From assembly GCA_035638775.1 (NCBI GenBank), contig DASQZJ010000014.1, positions 13,119 through 77,118 of the forward strand: a stretch of 64,000 nucleotides of DNA. The letters are read 5' to 3'. Shown piece by piece: positions 1 through 9,915 of this stretch; positions within the stretch are counted from its first letter, which is position 1, and each line of letters starts with the position of its first letter. Both the position numbers and the translations under genes were made by a program. The notes beneath the pieces were generated by a model. The model had not been told where the DNA came from, did no database searches, and was given only the letters and a program-made list of their open reading frames with translations. Source of the stretch: Gammaproteobacteria bacterium. Lineage in GTDB: Bacteria > Pseudomonadota > Gammaproteobacteria > UBA5335 > SLRW01.

Positions 1-1340
<1,340 letters not shown>

Positions 1341-1515
1341 TCACCTCGTAGTCGGGCAGGGCCCTGGTGCCCGCCGGCAAGGATGCCCGTCAACACGGAC
1401 AGCCGACGGGCGGAAGAATCCGCTCCGGCCGGGGACCGTCCGGGCCCGTGACGGCGCGCGGTGCTTCGGGGAGAAAGCCGGGGATGCTGCGACTGATGCA
1501 CGATCATGCTGGTCT

Positions 1516-1609
1516 TCTCTCCCTACGCCGGCACTATCCGGATCAGGTTCGAAGGGTCACCGCGCTGCCTTCGGCCAGCGGTATCTCAGCCTCTTGCCGA
1601 GGCTCCCCC
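1516..1609 (-). promoter_or_regulatory. TPP (THI-box) riboswitch aptamer in the thiC leader
   Basis: The minus strand reads GGGGAGCCUCGGCAAGAGGCUGAGAUACCGCUGGCCGAAGGCAGCGCGGUGACCCUUCGAACCUGAUCCGGAUAGUGCCGGCGUAGGGAGA. This contains the conserved CUGAGA, ACCCUU-GAACCUGAUC-GGAUAAUGCC-GCGUAGGGA core of TPP riboswitches. It lies about 180 nt upstream of the thiC ATG. Confidence 0.85.
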
Positions 1610-1762
1610 GGACGGTCCACTGTCGCTCTCACCGCCGCGTTTTTCAAGCCCGCGACCGCGCTGCCCGCCGGCGTGCCGACCGCTCCGCAGTACTGACCAG
1701 TCGCCCGGCCCGTGATAGAATCGCGCCTTCTCAGCCGTGGGCATCCCAGCGGAGTCAGCGTC

Positions 1763-2428
1763 ATGACAGAACTCGATATCGAACGCGCCCGTCGCAACAT
1801 GATCAGCCAGCAGGTGCGCGCCTGGGAAGTGCTGAACCAGCGGGTGCTGGAGATGCTGGAGCAGATGCCGCGGGAACGCTTCACGCCGGAGCGCTATCGC
1901 ACCCTCGCCTATTCCGACACCCAGATCCCGCTGGCCCACGGCGAGGTGATGATGGAGCCCAAGGTCGAAGGCCGCCTGCTCCAGGCGCTGGACATCCAGC
2001 CCGGGGACCGCGTGCTGGAGATCGGTACCGGCACGGGCTACCTGACGGCATGCCTGGCCAACCTGGCCGGCAGCGTCCACAGCGTGGAGATCCACGAGGA
2101 TTTCCTGGATCCGGCCGCCGGGCGCCTGCGCGAGCTCGGCATCGAGAACGTCACCCTGGACTCGGAGGACGCCGCGCGCGGCTTCAGCGATCCCGACCGT
2201 CGCTTCGACGCAATCGCGGTGACCGGGTCGCTTCCGACGCTGCACTACGGCTTCCACCGCAGCCTCGAGATCGGTGGACGGCTGTTCGTGATCGTCGGCA
2301 CCCAGCCGATCATGGAGGCCCTGCTCATCACCCGCATGGGCGAGCAGGAATGGTCCACCGAGAGCCTGTTCGAGACCGATCTTCCGGCACTGCGCAATCT
2401 CGAGGCGCCCAGCGACTTTTCTTTCTGA
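1763..2428 (+). CDS. protein-L-isoaspartate O-methyltransferase family protein
   Basis: ORF 1712..2428, with the start moved to internal MTELDIERAR. SAM-binding motif VLEIGTGTGYLTA. PCMT-like proteins commonly sit upstream of tolC in gammaproteobacteria. Confidence 0.85.
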   Translation: MTELDIERARRNMISQQVRAWEVLNQRVLEMLEQMPRERFTPERYRTLAYSDTQIPLAHGEVMMEPKVEGRLLQALDIQPGDRVLEIGTGTGYLTACLANLAGSVHSVEIHEDFLDPAAGRLRELGIENVTLDSEDAARGFSDPDRRFDAIAVTGSLPTLHYGFHRSLEIGGRLFVIVGTQPIMEALLITRMGEQEWSTESLFETDLPALRNLEAPSDFSF

Positions 2429-2493
2429 GCAGCCCTTCGGCGCCCCGGGCCCCCTCCGGAACGAGTCACCGAACCGACGGGACGGTGCATGCA

Positions 2494-2814
2494 ATGCAGG
2501 AAATCCGGCCGAGCGAGCTCGCACGAAAGCTGCGCGGGGCGTCCCGGCCCCCGCTGGTGATCGACGTGCGCGAACCCTGGGAGTACGAGCGGGCGCGCAT
2601 CGAAGGCTCGGAGCTGATTCCGATGGGCGAGGTCCCGGCCCGCCTGAACGATTTCGACCCGGAACGCGAGACCGTCGTCGTCTGCCACTATGGCAGCCGC
2701 AGCGCGCAGGTCGCATCGTTGCTCGAGAGCGCGGGGCTGCGGCGGGTGCTCAACCTGCAGGGCGGGATCGACGCCTGGTCCCGCGACGTCGACCATTCGG
2801 TCCCGCGGTACTGA
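2494..2814 (+). CDS. rhodanese-like domain protein (sulfurtransferase)
   Basis: Only the last ~106 aa of the read-through ORF 1150..2814 look real: MQEIRPSELARKL...VIDVREPWEYERARIEGSELIP...VVVCHYGSRSAQ...LQGGIDAWS. The active-site loop is CHYGSRS. A GTG at 2485 is an alternative start. Confidence 0.85.
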   Translation: MQEIRPSELARKLRGASRPPLVIDVREPWEYERARIEGSELIPMGEVPARLNDFDPERETVVVCHYGSRSAQVASLLESAGLRRVLNLQGGIDAWSRDVDHSVPRY

Positions 2815-2842
2815 CCAACGCCGACGACACAAGGGAAGCGCA

Positions 2843-4192
2843 ATGCCGAAACTGACGGGTACCCTGCTGCTTGCCGGCCTGCTCCTCGCGGGGCTCGCCA
2901 GTCCGGCACACGCCGCCGACCTGATGGCCGTGTACAAGCAGGCCCTGCAGAACGATCCGCAGATCAAGCAGGCCGAGGCCGCCTACAACGCGGCCCGGCA
3001 GCAGCACCCCGAGGCCCGCGGCGCGCTGCTGCCCCAGCTGGTGCTCACCGGCAACTACAACCGCCTGAAGCAGAGCTACAAGAAGTACCAGATCAACGCC
3101 CCGGGCTTCGGGGGCACGAATCCGAGCGACTACAACGGCACCTATCCCAGCTACAGCTACGGCCTGGAGCTGCAGCAGGCATTGTTCGACGCCCCCGCCT
3201 TCGCCCAGCTCCGCCAGGCGGATGCGAGCATCGGCAAGGCCGAGGCACAATACAGCTATGCCCAGCAGCAGCTGATCCTGCGCACCGCCCAGGCGTACTT
3301 CGGGCTGCTGTCGGCCCGGGACAACCTGCGCTTCGCCCAGGTGGAGAAGAAGGCCATCGGACAGCAGCTGAAGCAGGCCGAGCACCAGTACAAGGTGGGC
3401 GTGATCGCCAACACCGGGGTGCAGGAAGCGCGCGCCCGTTACGATCAGGCCAGCGCGCAGGTCATCAGCGCCCGGCACAAGGTCGACACCGCCCGTGAGC
3501 AGATCCGGGAGATCATCGGCAGCCTGCCGCAGAGCCTGACGCCGCTCGGCCAGAACGTACCGCTGATGCCGCCGCGGCCCGATTCCGCCGACAAGTGGGT
3601 GGCCCAGGCGATGAAGAACAACCTGCAGCTCATGGCCGCGAACTTCCAGCTCAAGGCGGCGAAGGACCAGGTCAGCGTGCGACGGGACAAACGGCTGCCG
3701 AAGATCCAGCTGGTCGGGAGCATCAAGCGGGACAGCAGCGAGTCGCCGTTCCTCAACTCGACCTCCAACGACGCCGTTGTCGGGGTGCAGCTCAACATGC
3801 CGCTGTTCACCGGCGGCTCCATGACGTCCTCGATTCACCAGGCACGCTACCAGGAGACGCAGGCGCAGCAGCAGGTGGTGCAACAGCAGCGCGCGACCGA
3901 GCGGAGCACCCGGGACACGTTCCAGGGGGTCAATTCCGACATCAGCGAGGTCAAGGCGCTCCGGCAGACGGTGAAGTCCGCGCGCACCGCCCTGGCGGCC
4001 ACCAAGTCCGGCCACGAGGTGGGGACCCGCACCATGGTGGACGTGCTCAACGCCCGGCAGGATCTCTACAAGGCCCAGCGCGACTACGCCAACGCGCGCT
4101 ATCAGTACATTCTCGACCGCCTCAAGCTGAAGCTGTCCACCGGCGAGCTCACCCGCCAGGACCTCGAGCAGATCAACAACTGGCTGAAGTGA
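2843..4192 (+). CDS. tolC: outer-membrane efflux channel TolC
   Basis: ORF 2690..4192, start moved to MPKLTGTLLLAGLLLAGLASPAHA (signal peptide, SD AGGGAAG). Typical TolC N-terminus ADLMAVYKQALQNDPQIKQAEAAYNAA and the twofold repeat architecture. Confidence 0.9.
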   Translation: MPKLTGTLLLAGLLLAGLASPAHAADLMAVYKQALQNDPQIKQAEAAYNAARQQHPEARGALLPQLVLTGNYNRLKQSYKKYQINAPGFGGTNPSDYNGTYPSYSYGLELQQALFDAPAFAQLRQADASIGKAEAQYSYAQQQLILRTAQAYFGLLSARDNLRFAQVEKKAIGQQLKQAEHQYKVGVIANTGVQEARARYDQASAQVISARHKVDTAREQIREIIGSLPQSLTPLGQNVPLMPPRPDSADKWVAQAMKNNLQLMAANFQLKAAKDQVSVRRDKRLPKIQLVGSIKRDSSESPFLNSTSNDAVVGVQLNMPLFTGGSMTSSIHQARYQETQAQQQVVQQQRATERSTRDTFQGVNSDISEVKALRQTVKSARTALAATKSGHEVGTRTMVDVLNARQDLYKAQRDYANARYQYILDRLKLKLSTGELTRQDLEQINNWLK

Positions 4193-4202
4193 GGACGCCG
4201 CG

Positions 4203-5480
4203 TCAGGCCGCGGACCCGCCCAGGTACGGGGCCAGCTCGCGCAGGAGCGAGTCGAGCACGCCGCCGTTGCGACGCACCAGGTCCAGGCCCTGCTCTCCCA
4301 TGGCGTGCGCGCGCTCCGGGTCGCCCATCAGGGACGCGACCGTCGCCGCCAGCTCGTCGGCGTTGCGCACGACCCTCAGGGCCCCCGCCTCTTCGAGCGC
4401 GGCGCTGATATCCGCGAAGTTGAACAGCTCCGGCCCGGTCAGCAGCGGCAGCCCCAGCGACGCCGGCTCCAGCAGGTTGTGGCCGCCCACGCGCACCAGG
4501 CTCCCCCCGACGAAGGCGATGTCCGCCGCGGCATAGTAGAGCATCAGCTCGCCCATGGTGTCGCCCAGGAACACGTCCGTGTGCGGCCCCGGCGTCTCGC
4601 CCGCGCTGCGCCGTGCCACCGCGAACCCCTGCCCGGTGCAGAGCGCGCCGGCCGCCGCGAAGCGATGCGGATGGCGCGGCACCAGCAGCAGGAGAGCCTG
4701 CGGGATGCGCTGCCGGAGCGCACGGTGCGCGCGCAATACCTGTTCGTCTTCTCCCTCGTGGGTGCTCGCCGCGATCCATACCGGCCGACGCGGCCCCCAC
4801 GACGCCCTCCATTGCAGCCCCTGTCGGCGGCCGGATGGATCGAACGGGAAGTCGAACTTCAGGTTGCCCGTGATCCGCAGGCGCTCGCGTGGCATCCCGA
4901 GCGTGTCCAGGCGGGATGCATCGGCTTCGCTCTGCGCGGCCGCAAGGGTCACCCGGGCCAGCGTCCATGCGACAAGCCGCCGCAATCGCCGGTAGGCCTG
5001 CAGGGAACGGCGCGAGATCCGGGCATTGGCAAGCACCACCGGGATCCCCCGGCGCCGGCACTGATTGAACAGGTTCGGCCAGAGCTCGGTCTCCATCACG
5101 ATCGCGAGTTCCGGGTCGACCCGGTCCAGGAACCGGCGCACTGCACCCGGAAGATCCAGCGGAACGTAACAGTGCCGTACGCTGTCGCCGAAGGCGGCCC
5201 TGGCGCGCTCGCGCCCGGTGGGAGTGAAGGTCGTCACCACGACGCCGCTCTCCGGGCGCTCCGCCATGATCCGCCGGATCAACGGCGTCGCCGCCATGAC
5301 CTCGCCGACCGAGACCGCGTGGACCCAGATCGTGCGCCGGCGGTGCCCGGTCGGTTCCACGCGTCCGAAGCGCTCCTTCCAGTCGCGCCAGTAGCGCCGG
5401 TCACGCCGTCCCAGCAGCAACAGGTACGCCAGGGCCAGCGGAAGCAGGCAGCGGAACGCCAGTGAATAGACAGCCCTCAT
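4203..5480 (-). CDS. waaA: 3-deoxy-D-manno-octulosonic acid (Kdo) transferase
   Basis: 425 aa. Contains IWVHAVSVGEVMAATPLI, VVVTTFTPTGRE and METELWPNL blocks characteristic of WaaA/KdtA. Confidence 0.9.
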   Translation of the reverse strand: MRAVYSLAFRCLLPLALAYLLLLGRRDRRYWRDWKERFGRVEPTGHRRRTIWVHAVSVGEVMAATPLIRRIMAERPESGVVVTTFTPTGRERARAAFGDSVRHCYVPLDLPGAVRRFLDRVDPELAIVMETELWPNLFNQCRRRGIPVVLANARISRRSLQAYRRLRRLVAWTLARVTLAAAQSEADASRLDTLGMPRERLRITGNLKFDFPFDPSGRRQGLQWRASWGPRRPVWIAASTHEGEDEQVLRAHRALRQRIPQALLLLVPRHPHRFAAAGALCTGQGFAVARRSAGETPGPHTDVFLGDTMGELMLYYAAADIAFVGGSLVRVGGHNLLEPASLGLPLLTGPELFNFADISAALEEAGALRVVRNADELAATVASLMGDPERAHAMGEQGLDLVRRNGGVLDSLLRELAPYLGGSAA

Positions 5481-5683
5481 TGCGACTCACCTGCCGGACG
5501 ATCCGGGGGTACGGAGCGGCCCCCGCCTGTTGCGCGGATGCCCCGGCGAGGGGCACCGGCGGGGATGATGAAGGATCATACTAACCCGCCGGCGGGTGTC
5601 GCCACACGCGCGGCCCGCGCGATGTGGCGTTACCCCTTGCGGGGCCAGTAAACTTGCGCCTTTCCCAAGCAGGAACAGTCCCC

Positions 5684-6616
5684 GTGTCCTCCCGAACTGC
5701 CCGGAACGCGAATCGGCAACCCGGTCTCTTCTCGCCCCGCTACTGGGGAACGTGGCTCGTGCTCGGCCTGCTCTACCTGGTCTCCCAGCTTCCCTACCGC
5801 CGGGCGCTCGCCATCGGCCGCTGGCTGGGCCGGCGGTTGTACCGTTTCCTGCCGGGCCGTCGCCACGTCGCCCGCCGCAACCTCGAGCTTTGCTTTCCCG
5901 AGTGGACCGCGGCCCGGCGCGAAGCCGTGGTGCGGGCACACTTCGAGTCGATCGGCATGGGCCTGGTCGAGGTCGGCCTCGGCTGGTGGATGCCGCGCCG
6001 GCGATTCCGCAAGCTCGGCGAGGTACGCGGAGTGGAGCATTTCCGGGAAGCGATGGCCCGGGGCAAGGGCGTGCTGATGGTCAGCGCCCACTTCACCTCG
6101 CTGGACATCTGCGGGCCGCTGCTACGCGAGCACGCCGACTTCGACCTGATGTACCGGGCGCATGAGAATCCGGTACTCGAGTGGGCCATGGCCCGGCACC
6201 GGAACCGCCTCGCCGACAAGGCCATCCCGCGGCACGACATGCGCGGGCTGATCCGGCGGCTGCGGCAGGGTCACGCGGTCTGGTACGCCCCGGACCAGAA
6301 CTACCGGGGCAAGTACGGCGCGCTGGTGCCGTTCTTCTCCGTACCCGCCCCCACCAACATCGGCACATCCCGGATTGCGCGGATGAGCGGCGCCGCGGTG
6401 GTGCCGTTCTTCATGGAACGCAAGCCCGACGCCGGGGGGTACCTCATGCGCTTCCTGCCCGCGCTGGAGAATTTCCCGTCCGACGACCCGGTAGCGGATA
6501 CGGAACGGATCAACCGCCTGATCGAAGAACAGGCGCGGCGCGTACCCGCCCAGTACTGGTGGGTTCACCGTCGCTTCAAGGGCCGTCCTCCGGGCTACCC
6601 GGACGCCTACGCGTGA
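5684..6616 (+). CDS. lpxL: lipid A biosynthesis lauroyl acyltransferase (LpxL/HtrB family)
   Basis: The ORF opens at GTG 5624. I prefer GTG 5684 (AGGAA 8 nt upstream), which gives about 310 aa like E. coli LpxL. Motifs: LFSPRYWGTWL, RRNLELCFPEW, FESIGMGLVE, SAHFTSLD. Confidence 0.8.
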   Translation: MSSRTARNANRQPGLFSPRYWGTWLVLGLLYLVSQLPYRRALAIGRWLGRRLYRFLPGRRHVARRNLELCFPEWTAARREAVVRAHFESIGMGLVEVGLGWWMPRRRFRKLGEVRGVEHFREAMARGKGVLMVSAHFTSLDICGPLLREHADFDLMYRAHENPVLEWAMARHRNRLADKAIPRHDMRGLIRRLRQGHAVWYAPDQNYRGKYGALVPFFSVPAPTNIGTSRIARMSGAAVVPFFMERKPDAGGYLMRFLPALENFPSDDPVADTERINRLIEEQARRVPAQYWWVHRRFKGRPPGYPDAYA

Positions 6617-7373
6617 GCCGGTGTTCCGCCGCGCCCTCGGCGTAGCCCGCGCGCAACGCTTCCCAGTCGCGCTCGTTGAAAGCGAGGGCCGGTTCCTGGC
6701 GCCGGAGCTTGTCCAGGGAGCGGCGCAGCCGCGCCAGGTTGCGTCTGCGCCAGCGACGTGCGGGACGGCGCAGGCGGGCACGGTCCAGGTCGATCACGGC
6801 GACCCCGTCGTCAGCGCACAGCAGGATGTTGTGGGCATTGAGGTCCGCGTGCCAGAGGCCGCCGGCGTGCAGGCCGGCGATCACCCGGCCGATCGCGCGC
6901 CAGGTTTCCAGCGGCAGTGCCCCCCGGGCCAGCAGGGCGGAGAGCGGCTCTCCCGGCAGGCGCTCGGTGATGATGTCTGCCCGATAGCTGCAGCCGCGAC
7001 GCTCCACCCGCGCGGCCACGGGCCGGGGCACGGGCAGCCCCCGTACGTACAGGTCGTAGAGGAGGTGCCATTCGCGCCAGGCACGGGTACGCCCCAGTCC
7101 CGTCCAGACGTAGCGGTCCCGCACCAGCCGGGCGACCATACCGCCGCGACGGTAGTGACGCAGCACCCACGCGGCGGTTTCGCCGACGAACCAGACGCTG
7201 CCGCGGCCGGCGGTCACGCTCAGCACCCCGCCCCGCTCGCGCCAGTACTCGGTGGAAAACACTTCCGGGCCCGGCCTCCGCAACAGCAGGGGATCATGCA
7301 CGACGGCGCCGCGCGCCGTGGAAAGATAGCCCGGCCCGCGCGCCGCAACGCCCCGCATCCGCTCGCCCGCCAC
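6576..7373 (-). CDS. kdkA: 3-deoxy-D-manno-octulosonic acid kinase
   Basis: 265 aa. WVLRHYRRGG, ADIITERLPG and the kinase catalytic loop HADLNAHNILL...IDLDR are typical of Kdo kinase. The 3' end overlaps the lpxL 3' end by 41 bp (convergent). Confidence 0.85.
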   Translation of the reverse strand: MAGERMRGVAARGPGYLSTARGAVVHDPLLLRRPGPEVFSTEYWRERGGVLSVTAGRGSVWFVGETAAWVLRHYRRGGMVARLVRDRYVWTGLGRTRAWREWHLLYDLYVRGLPVPRPVAARVERRGCSYRADIITERLPGEPLSALLARGALPLETWRAIGRVIAGLHAGGLWHADLNAHNILLCADDGVAVIDLDRARLRRPARRWRRRNLARLRRSLDKLRRQEPALAFNERDWEALRAGYAEGAAEHRLTRRRPGSPEDGP

Positions 7374-7512
7374 GTCAACGCTGCCCGGGAAGCGGCCGGG
7401 GCGCGCCCGAAGGCGCCCCGGGGCGCGGCATTCGCGGTGCCCGGCGCCCCTCTCCCGGACCGACGGCGGGCGGACCCGGTGCCACGCGAGGCCGGCGAGT
7501 GTACCATCCCCG

Positions 7513-8616
7513 GTGCCCTGTCGGCGGCCGAACGATCGCGGCGCGGGGCTTCCTGGTGAGCTGAGCGGGGAACCGGAGTTGAGACGCTACCTGCTGTTCG
7601 TATCCGAGTTGTACGCATTGCCCGTGCTGCGCCCGCTGCAGGCGTCGATCCGGGCGCGCGGCGGTGAGGCTGCCTGGTTCTTCGAGAAGGGGGGTGCCGA
7701 CCATCTGCATGCCGATGAGCGCCTTCTGGGAAGCGTGCCGGAGGTCAAGGCCTTTCGGCCCGATGCCGTGCTGGTTCCCGGCAACTGGGTCCCGGACTAC
7801 TTTCCGGGACTGAAGGTCGAGGTCTTTCACGGCTTCAACGTGCACAAGCGGGAGGACCACCGGGGTCACTTCCGGTTGCGCGGGTTCTTCGATCTCTACT
7901 GTACCCAGGGGCCGCACACGACCGAGCCGTTCCGGCGCCTGGAAGCCGAGCACGGCTACTTCCGGGTGGTCGAGACCGGCTGGCCCAAGATGGATCCCCT
8001 GTTCCGCCCCGATCCGGCGCCGGTCAGCACGCCGGCCGGCCGGCCGGTGGTGATGTACGCCTCCACCTTCACACCCTCGCTCAGCTCCGCCGCGCACCTG
8101 CTGGAGACCGTCCGTGAGCTCTCCCGGGAAGGTCGTTGGCACTGGCTGGTGACGCTGCATCCCAAGATGGACCCGGAGATCGTCAGCCGGTTTCGGGACC
8201 TCGAAGGGCCGAACCTGGGGTTCTTCGAAAGCGATCATATCGTTTCGCTGTACAAGGCGGCGGACGTGCTCCTGTCGGATACTTCCTCGGTGATTTCCGA
8301 GTTCATCCTCCAGGCCCGGCCCGTGGTCACCTTCCGCAATCGCCGTCCGGCCCCGCACATGCTCGACGTCAGCGAGCCCGGCGAGGTGGAGGGGGCCATC
8401 GCCCACGCGCTGACCCATCCGGACGGACTGATGCAGGCCGTCCGGGCCTACGCAGATCACATTCACCCGTACCGGGACGGGCGCTCCAGCGAACGGGTCC
8501 TGGATGCGGTCGAGGATGCGCTCACCCGGGGCCGCAACGGGCTGTCGCGCAAGCCCCTCAACCTGTGGCGCAGGGTCCAGGCGCGACAACGGCTCGGCTA
8601 CTGGCGGCTGTTTTGA
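7513..8616 (+). CDS. CDP-glycerol glycerophosphotransferase (TagB/TagF, Glyphos_transf) family protein
   Basis: 367 aa. VVMYASTFTPS (compare YAPTFR) and LYKAADVLLSDTSSVISEFILQARPVV (compare ITDYSSxxFDF) match the TagF-family catalytic region. The true start is uncertain. Confidence 0.72.
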   Translation: MPCRRPNDRGAGLPGELSGEPELRRYLLFVSELYALPVLRPLQASIRARGGEAAWFFEKGGADHLHADERLLGSVPEVKAFRPDAVLVPGNWVPDYFPGLKVEVFHGFNVHKREDHRGHFRLRGFFDLYCTQGPHTTEPFRRLEAEHGYFRVVETGWPKMDPLFRPDPAPVSTPAGRPVVMYASTFTPSLSSAAHLLETVRELSREGRWHWLVTLHPKMDPEIVSRFRDLEGPNLGFFESDHIVSLYKAADVLLSDTSSVISEFILQARPVVTFRNRRPAPHMLDVSEPGEVEGAIAHALTHPDGLMQAVRAYADHIHPYRDGRSSERVLDAVEDALTRGRNGLSRKPLNLWRRVQARQRLGYWRLF

Positions 8617-8649
8617 GTGGCGGGCCGAAACGCCTCCGCCCGAACCGGG

Positions 8650-8862
8650 TCAGTCCGTCTGATCGACGAGAGTGAACCAGGCGCCGCAATACGGGCACTG
8701 GGCTCGTCCCGTGTCCTCGATCGGCAGGAACACGCGCGGATGCGAGTTCCACAGCGGCATGCTGTCCAGCGGGCAGTGCAGGGGCAGGTCCGCCCTGGTC
8801 ACCTTGTATTCCCGCTCCTGGTTGGGCATCGCGCTCGTCTGGGGGCTGTTTTCGCTCGCCAC
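8650..8862 (-). CDS. zinc-finger (zf-CHCC type) small protein
   Basis: 70 aa. Contains LPLHCP...HPRVFLPI...AQCPYCGAWF, the CHCC zinc-knuckle pattern of small proteins found next to ilvE/glnE in pseudomonads. Confidence 0.7.
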   Translation of the reverse strand: MASENSPQTSAMPNQEREYKVTRADLPLHCPLDSMPLWNSHPRVFLPIEDTGRAQCPYCGAWFTLVDQTD

Positions 8863-8907
8863 GAAGCTGTCCTCGGTGCTCTTCTGAAATGGAAACGGGG
8901 CGTTCGA

Positions 8908-9837
8908 TTATACCAGCGTGTGCCACTCCGGGTGCTGCTCACGCCGTCCCCGAACCTGGTCGAAGTACATCGCCTGTAGCTTCTCGGTCACCGGACCGCG
9001 CGTGCCGCTGCCGATGATCCGCCCGTCCAGCTCGCGAATCGGCGTCACTTCGGCCGCGGTGCCCGTCAGGAATGCCTCGTCAGCGATGTAAACCTCGTCG
9101 CGCGTGATGCGGCGCTCGAGGACCTCGATCCCGAGCTCCTGCGCAAAGGCCAGGATCGTCTTGCGGGTGATGCCGTTCAGCGCGGAAGTCAGCTCGGGGG
9201 TGTACAGGACGTCGTCATGCACCAGAAAGATGTTCTCGCCGCTGCCCTCGGCAACGTAGCCCTCAACGTCCAGCAGCAGCGCCTCGTCGTAGCCGGCGTT
9301 CTGCGCCTCGCTCAGCGCCAGCATCGAGTTCATGTAGTTGCCGTTGGCCTTTGCCTTGCACATGGTGATGTTGACGTGGTGACGCGTGAACGAGGAGGTC
9401 TTGACCCGCAGCCCGTTCTGCATGCTCTCCTCGCCCAGGTAGCTGGGCCAGTTCCAGGCGGCCACGATCACGTGCACGCGCAGGTTGTCCGCGCGCAGTC
9501 CCATGCCCTCCGAGCCGAGGAAGGCCATCGGCCGGATGTAGGCTTCCTCGAGACCGTTCTCCCGCACCACCGTGCGCTGGGCCATTGCCATCGTGTCGCG
9601 GTCGAACGGCAGCGCCAGGTTGAGGATCTTGGCGGACCCGAAGAAGCGCTCGTTGTGATCGTGCAGCCGGAAGATCGCCGTTCCGGCCGGGGTGCTGTAC
9701 GCGCGTACCCCCTCGAACACGCCCATCCCGTAATGCAGGGTGTGCGTCAGCACGTGCACCTTCGCCTCTCGCCAGGGCACCAGCTCGCCATCCATCCAGA
9801 TGACCCCGTCCCTGTCCTCCATCGTCGTTGCCGTCAT
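8908..9837 (-). CDS. ilvE: branched-chain amino acid aminotransferase
   Basis: 309 aa. DGVIWMDGELVPWREAKVHVLTHTLHYGMGVFEGVRAY and EGSGENIF motifs of class IV aminotransferase IlvE. An alternative start is MEDRDG at 9822. Confidence 0.93.
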   Translation of the reverse strand: MTATTMEDRDGVIWMDGELVPWREAKVHVLTHTLHYGMGVFEGVRAYSTPAGTAIFRLHDHNERFFGSAKILNLALPFDRDTMAMAQRTVVRENGLEEAYIRPMAFLGSEGMGLRADNLRVHVIVAAWNWPSYLGEESMQNGLRVKTSSFTRHHVNITMCKAKANGNYMNSMLALSEAQNAGYDEALLLDVEGYVAEGSGENIFLVHDDVLYTPELTSALNGITRKTILAFAQELGIEVLERRITRDEVYIADEAFLTGTAAEVTPIRELDGRIIGSGTRGPVTEKLQAMYFDQVRGRREQHPEWHTLV

Positions 9838-9915
9838 AACCCGTGCCTTTTCTTCTCTCTCGAAACTGTCCCGATCCCGCGCGCCGGACCCGGACCGCGG
9901 GACCGCCCGTCCGGA

